56,581 nt of DNA from an uncultured Rubrivivax sp. (GTDB lineage Bacteria > Pseudomonadota > Gammaproteobacteria > Burkholderiales > Burkholderiaceae_C), in contig CAYUPF010000002.1 of the NCBI GenBank assembly GCA_964446545.1, positions 1 to 56,581 on the forward strand, read 5' to 3'. The first letter of the stretch is position 1. Each line of letters begins with the position of its first letter. Of this stretch, positions 11,556 to 21,507 are shown piece by piece. The position numbers and the translations under genes are program-made. The notes beneath the pieces are model-generated. The model had not been told where the DNA came from and made no database searches. It worked only from the letters and a program-made list of their open reading frames with translations.

Positions 11556-12497
11556 ATGCAGATCTCGATTCCCCGATCTCGGGTCGCCTGGCGCGTGGTG
11601 GTGGTGCTGGCTGCCGGTGCCGCATTGTCGATGTCCGGCTGCGAAAAGAAGAAGGACGCAGAGGCATCGCAGACCGCGGCAAAGGTCAACAACGAAGAAG
11701 TTAGCGTGCAGCAGATCAACCATGCGTTGCAGCAGCAACGCGGGCTGAAGCCGGAGCAGGCCGAAGCCGCATCCAGGCAGGTCCTGGAACGGCTGATCGA
11801 TCAGGAGCTGGCGCTGCAGAAGGCGAGCGAACTGAAGCTGGACCGCGAGCCTCGTGTGATGCAGCAGCTGGAAGCGGCCAGGCGCGAGATCGTGGCGCGG
11901 GCCTATCTGGAAAGGGCCGGCGAGTCGGCCGGCAAGGCGACCCCCGAAGAGGTGGCCAAGTACTACGAGGCAAATCCGGCGCTGTTCAAGGAGCGCCGCA
12001 TCTACAGCCTGCAGGAAATCAGCATCGAAGCCACGCCCGAGGAGGTCGCGCAGTTGCGATCGCAGCTGAGCAGCACGAAGAACACCAACGAGCTCATCGA
12101 GTACCTGAAGGCCAACGACATGCGCTTCAGCGGAAATCAAGCCGTGCGCGCCGCGGAGCAGCTGCCCATCGCCAGCCTGCCCACGTTCGCGGCCATGAAG
12201 GACGGCCAGGCGATGCTGAACACCACGCCCACGGGCGCGCAGCTCATCGTCGTGGCCGGCTCGCGCGCGCAACCGGTCACGTTGGAGCAAGCCACCCCGG
12301 CCATCGAGCAGTACCTGCTGAACGCGCGCAAGCGCGAGATCATCGCCAAGGACATCAAGGCGCTGCGCGACGGTGCGACCATCGAATACGTGGGCAGATT
12401 CGCCGAGGCGGCCGCCTCGGTCCCCGCTGCGGGCAGCGCGCCTGCCGCTGCAGCCACGTTCGCGCCGGCGGCTTCGGAAGGGACCGGGCTCAAGTGA
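11556..12497 (+). CDS. EpsD-family peptidyl-prolyl isomerase-like lipoprotein
   Basis: Lipobox LSMSGC, SQTAAKVNNEEVSVQQIN, LERLIDQEL, LFKERRIYSLQEI; resembles exosortase/EPS-associated EpsD. Confidence 0.8.
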   Translation: MQISIPRSRVAWRVVVVLAAGAALSMSGCEKKKDAEASQTAAKVNNEEVSVQQINHALQQQRGLKPEQAEAASRQVLERLIDQELALQKASELKLDREPRVMQQLEAARREIVARAYLERAGESAGKATPEEVAKYYEANPALFKERRIYSLQEISIEATPEEVAQLRSQLSSTKNTNELIEYLKANDMRFSGNQAVRAAEQLPIASLPTFAAMKDGQAMLNTTPTGAQLIVVAGSRAQPVTLEQATPAIEQYLLNARKREIIAKDIKALRDGATIEYVGRFAEAAASVPAAGSAPAAAATFAPAASEGTGLK

Positions 12498-12609
12498 GGG
12501 TTATGCCGCGCGCAAGGGCGGGGCGTGTGCCGTTTGACGCGGTCGCCGCGTGTGCGGCGCACCGATAATTGCCACGACTCGGCTTACCGGCGCTGACGGC
12601 CGGCCCCTC

Positions 12610-13617
<1,008 letters not shown>

Positions 13618-13629
13618 GATCGACCACTC

Positions 13630-14910
13630 ATGACCACCATCGCTGTCATCGGACTGGGCTACGTGGGCTTGCCGCTCGCCGTGGAGTTCGGCAAGAAGCA
13701 CGAAACCCTGGGCTTCGACCTCGCGGCCGACAAGGTCGCCGCCTACGCGCGCCACGTGGACCCCACCGGCGAAGTCGGCAGCGAGGACCTGCGCGCGGCC
13801 ACGCGCTTGAGCTGCAGCACCGACCCCGCGGTCATCGGCAAGGCGGACTTCATCGTCGTCGCCGTGCCCACGCCCGTCGACGAGGCCCACCAGCCGGACT
13901 TCACGCCACTGCTGAAGTCGTCGGAGAGCGTGGGCAGGCACATCAAGCGCGGTGCCACGGTGGTGTTCGAGTCGACCGTCTATCCCGGCGCCACCGAAGA
14001 AGTGTGCATCCCCATCATCGAGAAGCACTCGGGCCTGAAGTGGAAGCGCGATTTTTTCGTCGGCTACAGCCCCGAGCGCATCAACCCCGGCGACAAGGAA
14101 CGCACGGTCACGAAGATCGTCAAGGTAGTGTCCGGCGACACGCCCGAGACGCTGGAGCGCGTGGCTTCGGTCTACGGCTCGATCATCACCGCCGGCGTGT
14201 ACAAGGCCAGCAGCATCAAGGTGGCCGAAGCCGCCAAGGTGATCGAGAACACGCAGCGCGACCTGAACATCGCGCTGATGAACGAGCTGTCGGTCATCTT
14301 CCACCGCATCGGCATCGACACGCTCGAGGTGCTGAAGGCGGCCGGCACCAAGTGGAACTTCCTTCCCTTCAGGCCCGGGCTGGTGGGCGGGCATTGCATC
14401 GGCGTGGACCCCTACTACCTGACGCACAAGGCCGAGATGCTGGGCTATACGCCGCAAGTCATCCTGGCCGGGCGGCGCATCAACGACAGTATGGGCAAGT
14501 ACTTGGCCGAGCAGACCGTCAAGCAGATGATTGCCAACGATCTGTCGGTCAAGGGCGCACCGATCATCGTGCTGGGCATGACCTTCAAGGAGAACTGTCC
14601 CGACATTCGCAACAGCAAGGTGATCGACGTGGTGCGTGAGTTGCGCAGCTTCGGAGCCAATGTGCTGGTGCACGATCCGATCGCCGACACGGCTGAATGC
14701 GAGCACGAGTACGGGTTGGCACTGACCGATTGGGACTCTCTGCCACAGGCTTCGGCCATCGTCGCCTCGGTGTCGCACCAGGAATACGCGGCGATGGGCG
14801 TCGAAGGCCTGCTGCGCAAGCTGGTGCCCGGCGGTGTCTTTATCGACGTGAAGAGCGCCTACGATCCGGTGGCCTTGCAGGCGGCCGGGGTGCAGCCCTG
14901 GAGGCTTTGA
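13630..14910 (+). CDS. Nucleotide-sugar dehydrogenase (TviB/WbpO-like UDP-HexNAc 6-dehydrogenase)
   Basis: GLGYVGLP, ESTVYPG, SPERINPGD, GLVGGHCIGVDPYYL, FKENCPDIRNS. Confidence 0.9.
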   Translation: MTTIAVIGLGYVGLPLAVEFGKKHETLGFDLAADKVAAYARHVDPTGEVGSEDLRAATRLSCSTDPAVIGKADFIVVAVPTPVDEAHQPDFTPLLKSSESVGRHIKRGATVVFESTVYPGATEEVCIPIIEKHSGLKWKRDFFVGYSPERINPGDKERTVTKIVKVVSGDTPETLERVASVYGSIITAGVYKASSIKVAEAAKVIENTQRDLNIALMNELSVIFHRIGIDTLEVLKAAGTKWNFLPFRPGLVGGHCIGVDPYYLTHKAEMLGYTPQVILAGRRINDSMGKYLAEQTVKQMIANDLSVKGAPIIVLGMTFKENCPDIRNSKVIDVVRELRSFGANVLVHDPIADTAECEHEYGLALTDWDSLPQASAIVASVSHQEYAAMGVEGLLRKLVPGGVFIDVKSAYDPVALQAAGVQPWRL

Positions 14911-15070
14911 CGGGGCGCCGCCAGGACCGAGGCCCCTCCCTGCACACGCGACGCGGCGGCTGGGGCAGGCGATGGCCGGAACTGCGTTCATGGCTCGGCA
15001 GCACCGACTGCTTCGACACGCGCGCTTTCGGTACTAGCACACATGCGAGGGCCTCGCATCGATGAACGTT

Positions 15071-15088
15071 TTGTGACCTTAGGCACAA
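15071..15088. promoter_or_regulatory. CRP-family-like site
   Basis: tTGTGA-CCTTAG-GCACAa, one mismatch from TGTGA-N6-TCACA, in an AT-richer region upstream of the lipoprotein. Confidence 0.45.
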
Positions 15089-15259
15089 TATCTGCCGCGC
15101 CCAACTTCTGACGCGTCTTGGAGAATAGTGTCTGCGAGTTCTCGATGGATGCACCGGTGTGCCGGTCCGATGCGCAGTTCAGCTTCAGTACCAGAAATCG
15201 GACTGCGCCACTTTCAGCGCGTGTGGAAATACTGCTCGCACTTACCAGGAGGGAACGGT

Positions 15260-16102
15260 ATGTCAGCTCTAAAGGCCCACTTTTCAGGCGTTCTGGGTAC
15301 AGCCCTAGTTTGCGGCTTGCTTGTCGCGTGTGGCGGCGGCGGCGACGGCGGTGGCAATAGCGGCAACCGTGGCGAGGCACCTTCATCTTCGGAAGTGGCT
15401 CGCCTGGAATGCAAGGTGGCCGATGCGGTCACGGGCAAGAACATCCCCGACGCCGCGGTCAATTTCCAGGCAAAGACCACCACCTACACCGCGCAGACCA
15501 ATGCTGATGGCTATTGCCGCATGGACATGCCGGTAGCCGAGGTGACTGGCGTCCCATATCCGGCAGCAACGGTGGCAAAGGCCGGATACGAACCGCAGAC
15601 GATACTTTGCGAAGCGCTGAGAGCGGGAAACAGCTGCTATCAGGAAGTCCGCATGAACCCGCTCTTGCCGACTGTCAGCATTCCCGTCGGTGGCGACACG
15701 GTGATGCACGTCGGCGATGATCTGTTCGATGGTGGCGCCAACTCGCAGTTCCAAAAGCCAACCGACGGCGAAGAACTGGTGTTTCCTATCGCCGACTGGG
15801 CCGAGAAAGTCGCGCTGCCCAACGTCACGAAGGCCACGGTGTATCTGGACGCCAAGGGCTGGCAGAGCGATATCTGCAAGAACCTGATCTCGATTGCCGG
15901 GGACGTCGGCACGCAGAGCTTGCGCGGGGGTGTCTCGCCAACGCAGGGCTATTGGGCAGGTGGCAGGCAGGTGCCCTTCGAATTCGACATCGCACAGATC
16001 GGACGGCTGAACGCGGAGTTGAAAATCACCGCGGGCCAGTGCAACGACACCACCGATCTGGACGACTTCGAGATCAACCGCATTCGCGTCGAGTTCAACT
16101 GA
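15260..16102 (+). CDS. Hypothetical lipoprotein with a carboxypeptidase-regulatory-like beta domain and an uncharacterised C-terminal domain
   Basis: AGGAGG RBS, lipobox LLVAC then a Gly-rich linker, VADAVTGKNIPDAAV...TNADGY pattern, atypical codon usage. Confidence 0.72.
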   Translation: MSALKAHFSGVLGTALVCGLLVACGGGGDGGGNSGNRGEAPSSSEVARLECKVADAVTGKNIPDAAVNFQAKTTTYTAQTNADGYCRMDMPVAEVTGVPYPAATVAKAGYEPQTILCEALRAGNSCYQEVRMNPLLPTVSIPVGGDTVMHVGDDLFDGGANSQFQKPTDGEELVFPIADWAEKVALPNVTKATVYLDAKGWQSDICKNLISIAGDVGTQSLRGGVSPTQGYWAGGRQVPFEFDIAQIGRLNAELKITAGQCNDTTDLDDFEINRIRVEFN

Positions 16103-16128
16103 GCGGTGGTCGAGCTTCGCCAGCGGCC

Positions 16129-16686
16129 TCAGATGTGGCTGCCGAAGCGCTGCAGCACCTCGGGTAGCGCGTGACGCATGTGCATCGACAGCCCCAGAGC
16201 CGCCATGTGGTTGTCGTTGCGACCCAGGATGGTCTGCGACAGCGGCAGGAAGACATCCTCCTCGAAGCGCGCATGCGCTTGGTAGGTCTTCACCAGCGCC
16301 TGGATGTCGGCCGGGTCGACATCGGTGTCGTGTCCCTTGGCCACCGCCTTCAGCTTGGGCTCCAGCTTCATCCACGCCGCCTCGACTTGGCGGTGCTCCG
16401 CCGTCAGTGCGTCGACCAGCTGTTGCACCCTGTCGCGCTCCTCGCCCTTGACGGCGCTGGCCGTCACTGCCGGAAAGAGCTCCTTTTCTTCTTCGGAGTG
16501 ATGTTCGAACACCACCGCACGGAAGAATCCCACGGCGTCGGCAGCGATGTGCCGCGCGCGTGCCGCCGGCTCCAGCAGCGCGGGCAAGCTGCCCAGCGTC
16601 TGCAGGTGACCGAGGATGCCGGCATGGCATTGCGAGAAGTCGTCGATCGGCGAATGGCCGGCCGTTTCGTTGGTGCTGCTGCTCAT
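16129..16686 (-). CDS. Hemerythrin-domain protein
   Basis: FSQCHAGI, EHHSEEEKELFP, EHRQVE, HARFEEDVFLP. Confidence 0.88.
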   Translation of the reverse strand: MSSSTNETAGHSPIDDFSQCHAGILGHLQTLGSLPALLEPAARARHIAADAVGFFRAVVFEHHSEEEKELFPAVTASAVKGEERDRVQQLVDALTAEHRQVEAAWMKLEPKLKAVAKGHDTDVDPADIQALVKTYQAHARFEEDVFLPLSQTILGRNDNHMAALGLSMHMRHALPEVLQRFGSHI

Positions 16687-16713
16687 GGTCGATCCTCGAT
16701 GGCCCTGCGAGAG

Positions 16714-16755
16714 ATCCTAGGACTGCGCAACGCGTGGGGATTTGCGCGAAGTCAA
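16714..16755 (-). promoter_or_regulatory. Putative class II FNR-family promoter of the hemerythrin gene
   Basis: TTGAC-TTCG-CGCAA (16755-16742) and -10 TAGGAT (16719-16714). The box centre is -41.5 if the hexamer starts at -12. Confidence 0.6.
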
Positions 16756-16772
16756 TGCGACGCCGCACTGCC

Positions 16773-17546
16773 TCAGGTCATCGCTGCCTGCGCCGCCCGC
16801 ACTTCGACGCGCACCTGCTCGGTCAGCTCGGCCTTCAGCTCGGTGAACAGCGGCGAGGTTTTCACCGAATAGTGCCGCGGGTGCGCCAGCGGCACCTCGC
16901 GGTCGAGCTTGATGCGCCCGGGCCGCGCACTCATCACCACCACGCGGCTGGCCATGAAGATCGCCTCGTCGATGTCGTGGGTGACGAAGAGCACGGTCTT
17001 GCGCTGCTCTTCCCAGATACCCAGCAGCAGCTCCTGCATCAGCTCGCGCGTCTGGTGGTCGAGCGCGCCGAAGGGCTCGTCCATCAGCAGCATGCGCGGG
17101 TCGTTGGCCAGCGCGCGCGCGATCGCGGTGCGCTGCTGCATGCCGCCGGACAGCTGCTTCGGGTAGTGCTTGTCGAAGCCCTGCAGCCCCACCTTGGCGA
17201 GGAAGCCGTGCGCGATCTCCAGCTGCTGCGCGCGCGGCAGGCCGCGTTCGGCCAGGCCGAAGCAGACGTTGTCCAGCACCGTCAGCCACGGGAACAGCGT
17301 GTAGCTCTGGAACACCATGCCGCGGTCGGCGCCGGGGCCGTCGATGCGCCGGCCGTCGAGCAGCACCTCGCCGGCAGTGGGCGTGTCCAGCCCGGCAACG
17401 ATGCGCAGCAGCGTGCTCTTGCCGCAGCCGCTGGGGCCGAGGATGGTGATGAAGTGATTCTCCCCGACGTCCAAACTCGTCGCCTGCAGCGCCAGCGTGG
17501 TGTCGAAGCGGCGCTCGACGCCACGGATCGAGAGGATGTTGGCCAT
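16773..17546 (-). CDS. NitT/TauT-family ABC transporter ATPase
   Basis: [34 protein letters not shown]. Confidence 0.92.
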   Translation of the reverse strand: MANILSIRGVERRFDTTLALQATSLDVGENHFITILGPSGCGKSTLLRIVAGLDTPTAGEVLLDGRRIDGPGADRGMVFQSYTLFPWLTVLDNVCFGLAERGLPRAQQLEIAHGFLAKVGLQGFDKHYPKQLSGGMQQRTAIARALANDPRMLLMDEPFGALDHQTRELMQELLLGIWEEQRKTVLFVTHDIDEAIFMASRVVVMSARPGRIKLDREVPLAHPRHYSVKTSPLFTELKAELTEQVRVEVRAAQAAMT

Positions 17547-17548
17547 GT

Positions 17549-18451
17549 TCAGCGTCCCAGTTGCGCCCACGGGAACAGGCGGCGGTTGCCCCACTTGAAG
17601 AACAGGTCGCTGGCCAGACCGATCAGGCCGATGACGATGATGCCGAAGATGATCTGGTCGGTGGCCAGCAGCGCCTGGCTGTCGGTGATCATGTGGCCGA
17701 TGCCGCTGGACGCGCCGATCAGTTCGGCGACGATGACGTAGGTCCAGGCCCAGCCCAGCACCATGCGCAGCTGCTCGGCGATCTCCGGCGCCGCGCCGGG
17801 GATGAGCACGCGGCGGATCAGCGAGGCATCGCCCACGCCCAGCGTGTAGGCCGCCTCGACCAGGTCGCGCCGCGTGTTGCCGACGGTGACGCTGATCATC
17901 AGTACCAGGCTGAAGAAGCTGCCGATGAAGATCACCGCCAGCTTCTGCGCCTCGCCGATGCCGGCCCACAGGATCAGCAGCGGGATGAAGGCCGATGCCG
18001 GCAGGTAGCGCGCGAAACTGACGAAGGGCTCGAAGAAGGCCTCGATCGGCTTGTACGCACCCATCGCCACGCCCAGCGGCACGGCGATCACGGCGGCGAT
18101 GAGGAAACCGCCGAGGACGCGGAACACCGTCATGCCGATGTCCTTGGCGAAGCCCATCTCGGTGAGCAGCACCCAGCCGCTCTTTAGCATCGAGATCGGA
18201 TCGGCGAGGAAGGTCTTCTGCACGAAGCCGCCGAAGGTGGCGATGGACCACACCGCGACGAAGAGCACGAAGAAGCCGATGCCCAGCGCGACGCGCGCGC
18301 CGGGGCTCACCGGGGTCAAGGGTTTCATGGCGCGCAAGCGCTGCGGACGACGAGGGGCTGCCATTCGGGCGACCGCCGCGGCACCGGCCTCGCCGGGCCG
18401 CAGGCGCTGCCCCCTCGAGGGGGGCGGCGTCGCCGCCACGGGGGTGGTCAT
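17549..18451 (-). CDS. NitT/TauT-family ABC permease (core from 18328, plus a 41-aa repeat-derived N-terminal extension if the coupled ATG is used)
   Basis: RYLPASAFIPLLILWAGIGE, EAAYTLG, IVAELIG. The ATG at 18451 overlaps the SBP stop. Confidence 0.9.
   Translation of the reverse strand: MTTPVAATPPPSRGQRLRPGEAGAAAVARMAAPRRPQRLRAMKPLTPVSPGARVALGIGFFVLFVAVWSIATFGGFVQKTFLADPISMLKSGWVLLTEMGFAKDIGMTVFRVLGGFLIAAVIAVPLGVAMGAYKPIEAFFEPFVSFARYLPASAFIPLLILWAGIGEAQKLAVIFIGSFFSLVLMISVTVGNTRRDLVEAAYTLGVGDASLIRRVLIPGAAPEIAEQLRMVLGWAWTYVIVAELIGASSGIGHMITDSQALLATDQIIFGIIVIGLIGLASDLFFKWGNRRLFPWAQLGR
18366..18446 (+). repeat. Family A palindromic element at the SBP/permease junction
   Basis: GACCGCCGCGGCACCGGCCTCGCCGGGCCGCAGGCGCTGCCCCCTCGAGGGGGG...GGGGGTGGTCAT; its end matches the 3515-3750 copy (GGGGGTGGTTCAT). 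Confidence 0.8.
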
Positions 18452-19401
18452 TGAATGAAGCGCGTGTCGGCGAGCTTGCTCATGTCGGGCAGCTGCTTGA
18501 TGACGCCCATTTCGAGCAGCAGCTCGGCCGCTTCCTTGCTGAAGGCGGCGTGCTCACCGGCGAAGAACTGCTGGTTGGCCGCTTTGTCCTGCCAGCGCAG
18601 GTACTTTTGGCTCGCCTCGAAGGCCTCGGCCGTCTGCTTGACGTCGGCGCCCATGATTTCGAAGGCCTTCTTCGGGTCGTTCTTGATCATCTCCAGCGCC
18701 TGGAAATAGCTGTCGGCCAGCGCCTGCGCGGCCTTCGGGTTCTCGGCCAGGAACTTGGGCGTGCAGCCGAAGGTGTCCATCACCATCGGGTAGTCCAGCG
18801 TGGTGGCGATGATCTTGCCGGCCTCGGGCTTGGCACGCACTGCGCTCAGGAAGGGCTCGTAGGTCATGGCGGCGTCGATCTGCGCGGTACCGGCGATCAT
18901 CGCGTTGGCGGCGGCCTGTGGCGCCAGGTTGACCACGCTCACGTCCTTCAGGCTCAGCCCGTTCTTCTTCAGCATCCAGGCCAGCGTGAAGTAGGTGGCC
19001 GTGCCCGGCGCGTCGGCGGCGACGGTCTTGCCCTTGAGGTCGGCGATGCGCACGATGGTCGGCTTGACCACCATGCCGTCGGCGCCGAAGCTCTTGTCCA
19101 GCTGGAAGATCTGGGTCGTGGCCACGCCGTTGGCGTTCCAGACGATCCAGGTCTCGACGGTGGTCGCAGCGCACTGGATCGCGCCCGACGCGATGGCCAG
19201 GTGGCGGTCCTTCTGCGGGATCTTGTTGATCGTCACGTCCAGGCCGTTCTTCTTGAAGATGCCGGCTTCCTTGGCCAGCGTCAGCGGCGCAAAACCGGTC
19301 CAGCCGGAGATGCCGATGCCCACCGGCGTGTTCTGCGCTTGCGCGGCGGCGCTCAGCAGCGTGGCGGCGGTGAGGAGGGCAAGGCGCGAGGCGTGCTTCA
19401 T
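18448..19401 (-). CDS. NitT/TauT (NMT1-like) ABC substrate-binding protein
   Basis: Signal peptide, GISGWTGFAPLTLAKEAG, LDKSFGADG, DAAMTYEP. Substrate cannot be determined from sequence. Confidence 0.9.
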   Translation of the reverse strand: MKHASRLALLTAATLLSAAAQAQNTPVGIGISGWTGFAPLTLAKEAGIFKKNGLDVTINKIPQKDRHLAIASGAIQCAATTVETWIVWNANGVATTQIFQLDKSFGADGMVVKPTIVRIADLKGKTVAADAPGTATYFTLAWMLKKNGLSLKDVSVVNLAPQAAANAMIAGTAQIDAAMTYEPFLSAVRAKPEAGKIIATTLDYPMVMDTFGCTPKFLAENPKAAQALADSYFQALEMIKNDPKKAFEIMGADVKQTAEAFEASQKYLRWQDKAANQQFFAGEHAAFSKEAAELLLEMGVIKQLPDMSKLADTRFIQ

Positions 19402-19556
19402 GTCGAGGCTCCGGGGTTGGGTTACGAGGTGTTGCGGCGTGCAGTCTACGGCCGGCTGCGGCGCTGGCAAGCATGAACCGTTCCCGCGACCCATGTCACG
19501 CTTGCCGAGGGTGGGGTGAGATTCCCGTCGGCTGCCCGATTCGACGCCCCGTTCCC

Positions 19557-20220
19557 CTAGCGCCGCCGCGCCAAGCTCACCCCATCGCTGAACGGCAGCA
19601 GCACCATGTCGACGCGCTGATCGCGGTGGATCTTGGTGTTCAGCGCCGGCATCGCCAGCGTGTCCGGCCGGTCCGGCGGGTGCGAGACGCGGCCGCCGAG
19701 CAGCGTGTTGTCGAGCACGATCAGTCCGCCCAGCCGCACCAGCTGCAGGCAGCGCTCGTAGTAGCCGTCGTAGCCGCTCTTGTCGGCGTCGATCAAGGCG
19801 AAGTCGAAGCTGCCGGCCTGGCCTTCGCGCAGCAGCGCGTCCAGCGTGTGCAGCGCCGGCGCAATGCGCAGGTCGATCTTGTGCGCCACGCCGGCGCGTT
19901 GCCAGTGCGTCAGCGCAATGCGCGTCGGCGTCTCGTCGATGTCGCAGGCGATCAGTGTGCCGTCTTCAGGCAGCGTCAGCGCCACGCTGAGGGCGCTGTA
20001 GCCGGTGAACACGCCGATCTCGATGGCGCGGCGCGCGCCGGTCAGCAGCGCCAGCTGCCGCCATGAACTGGCCCTGCTCGGGCGCGATCTGCATGCCGGC
20101 GTGCGGCAGCTGGCGCGTCGCCTCGCGCAGCGCCGTCTGCTCGGGATGCTCGCGCAGCGTGTGCTCGAGCACGTAGCGGTACAGCGCATCGTCGATGGGC
20201 AGGTAGCGCAGCCGGCTCAT
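19557..20220 (-). pseudogene. Caffeoyl-CoA-type O-methyltransferase with a +1 frameshift (pseudogene or sequencing error)
   Basis: The N-terminus (...MQIAPEQGQFMA) and the rest (QLALLTGARRAIEIGVFTGYS...IDADKSGY...DNTL) lie in different frames. Extra G at 20058/20059; span is 664 nt (3n+1). Confidence 0.82.
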
Positions 20221-20221
20221 C

Positions 20222-20977
20222 TCACTGCCCCAGTTCTTCGTGGAAGTCGGACGCGCCGCGCTTCCAGTATGCGGCGATGCGCGCCGCCCCGCGCGGGTGG
20301 CCCTTGGCGCCCAGCAGCAGGTCGCGCAGCCGCGCCATCACCGCGGCCTCGCCGGCCGCCCAGGCATAACCTTCGCCGGCCGGCAGCGCCAGCGCGTCCA
20401 CCGCGGCCACCAGCGCGCCGGTGTTCTGCACCTGCGTCAGCGCCACCTTCGCGGCGCTGCGCTCCAGCTCCAGCGCCGCCAGGTCGGCCAGCTGCACGAT
20501 GACGATGGCCTGTGCGCCGGCCGGCAACTCGGCCAGACGGCGGCCGATGGCCGGGGCCGCGGTGGCATCGCCGACGAACAGGTGCCAGGCGTAGTCGTCG
20601 GGCACGATCATCGATCCGCGCGGGCCGGCGATCACCGCGCGCTGGCCCACCCGCGCGTGGCGCGCCCATTCGCTGGCCAGGCCGTGGCCGTGCAGCGCGA
20701 AGTCGACGCTCAGCTCGCGCCGGGCTGCGTCCCAGCGGCGCGGCGTGTAGTCGCGGCGCACCGGCTCCGCGTCTTCGGGCGCGGCCGGGTCGGCAAACAT
20801 GAACTTGACGTGATCGTCGAAGCCCAGCGAGGCGAAGCCGTCCAGCGATTCGCCGGCGAAGACGATGCGCACGAACTCGGCGCCCAGCGGCTCGACGCGC
20901 GCGACCTGCACCTCGCGCCGGCGCAGTTCGTGGCGCACGCGCTGCACGCGGCGGCCTGGGACAGTGGTGGCTTCCAT
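20222..20977 (-). CDS. Siderophore-interacting protein (ViuB/YqjH-type FAD-binding reductase)
   Basis: GFDDHVK, RRDYTPRR, DFALHGHG, GPRGS, AAYWKRG. Confidence 0.9.
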   Translation of the reverse strand: MEATTVPGRRVQRVRHELRRREVQVARVEPLGAEFVRIVFAGESLDGFASLGFDDHVKFMFADPAAPEDAEPVRRDYTPRRWDAARRELSVDFALHGHGLASEWARHARVGQRAVIAGPRGSMIVPDDYAWHLFVGDATAAPAIGRRLAELPAGAQAIVIVQLADLAALELERSAAKVALTQVQNTGALVAAVDALALPAGEGYAWAAGEAAVMARLRDLLLGAKGHPRGAARIAAYWKRGASDFHEELGQ

Positions 20978-20988
20978 GAAGCTCCTTA

Positions 20989-21040
20989 TTGGTTGATAAT
21001 GTCCCCTATCATGCGCCAATCGATTGACCATGTCAACCAA
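20989..21040. promoter_or_regulatory. Putative MarR operator pair in the divergent SIP/MarR region
   Basis: TTGAC-CAT-GTCAA (21024-21036), a degenerate TTGAT-AAT-GTCCC (20993-21005), and outer inverted repeat TTGGTTGA/TCAACCAA. Confidence 0.6.
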
Positions 21041-21478
21041 CTACGGCTTGTGCCGTCGGCCGAAGACGTGGTCGAGGCCATCCACCGCGCGATGCACCTG
21101 GTCCGCGCCGGGCAGTACCGCGCGGCGCGCGGCGGCGCTCACGAGCTGACGCACATGGATGGCAAGGTGCTGGGCTTCTTTGCGCGCCACCCTGGCGCGA
21201 CGCAGAAGGATCTGGCACAGCACTCCGGCCGCGACAAGGGCCAGCTCGCCCGGCTGATCGCCGGGCTCAAGGAGCGCGGCCTGCTCGACGCCGCGCCGGA
21301 CGAGGCCGACCGCCGCAACATCCGCCTGCGACTCACCCGCGAAGGGCAGGCGATGCAGAAGGCGCTGCAGGTGCAGGCCCGGCGGGTTGCCGAGCGCGCG
21401 GTGGCCGGGCTCGATGCCGACGAGCAGCAGAAGTTGTTGGCGTTGCTGGAGAAGGTCTGTTCGGGCCTGGAAGGCTGA
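21011..21478 (+). CDS. MarR-family transcriptional regulator
   Basis: TQKDLAQHSGRDKGQLARLI helix-turn-helix and DEADRRNIRLRLTREG wing. Start is uncertain. Confidence 0.9.
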   Translation: MRQSIDHVNQLRLVPSAEDVVEAIHRAMHLVRAGQYRAARGGAHELTHMDGKVLGFFARHPGATQKDLAQHSGRDKGQLARLIAGLKERGLLDAAPDEADRRNIRLRLTREGQAMQKALQVQARRVAERAVAGLDADEQQKLLALLEKVCSGLEG

Positions 21479-21507
21479 AGGCGCGCTGACGAAGCGCCGG
21501 CGGTCAG

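Noticed and set aside
19402..19556. Guanidine riboswitch upstream of the ABC operon
   Set aside because: I could not see guanidine-I, -II or -III consensus elements by eye; an Rfam scan would settle it.
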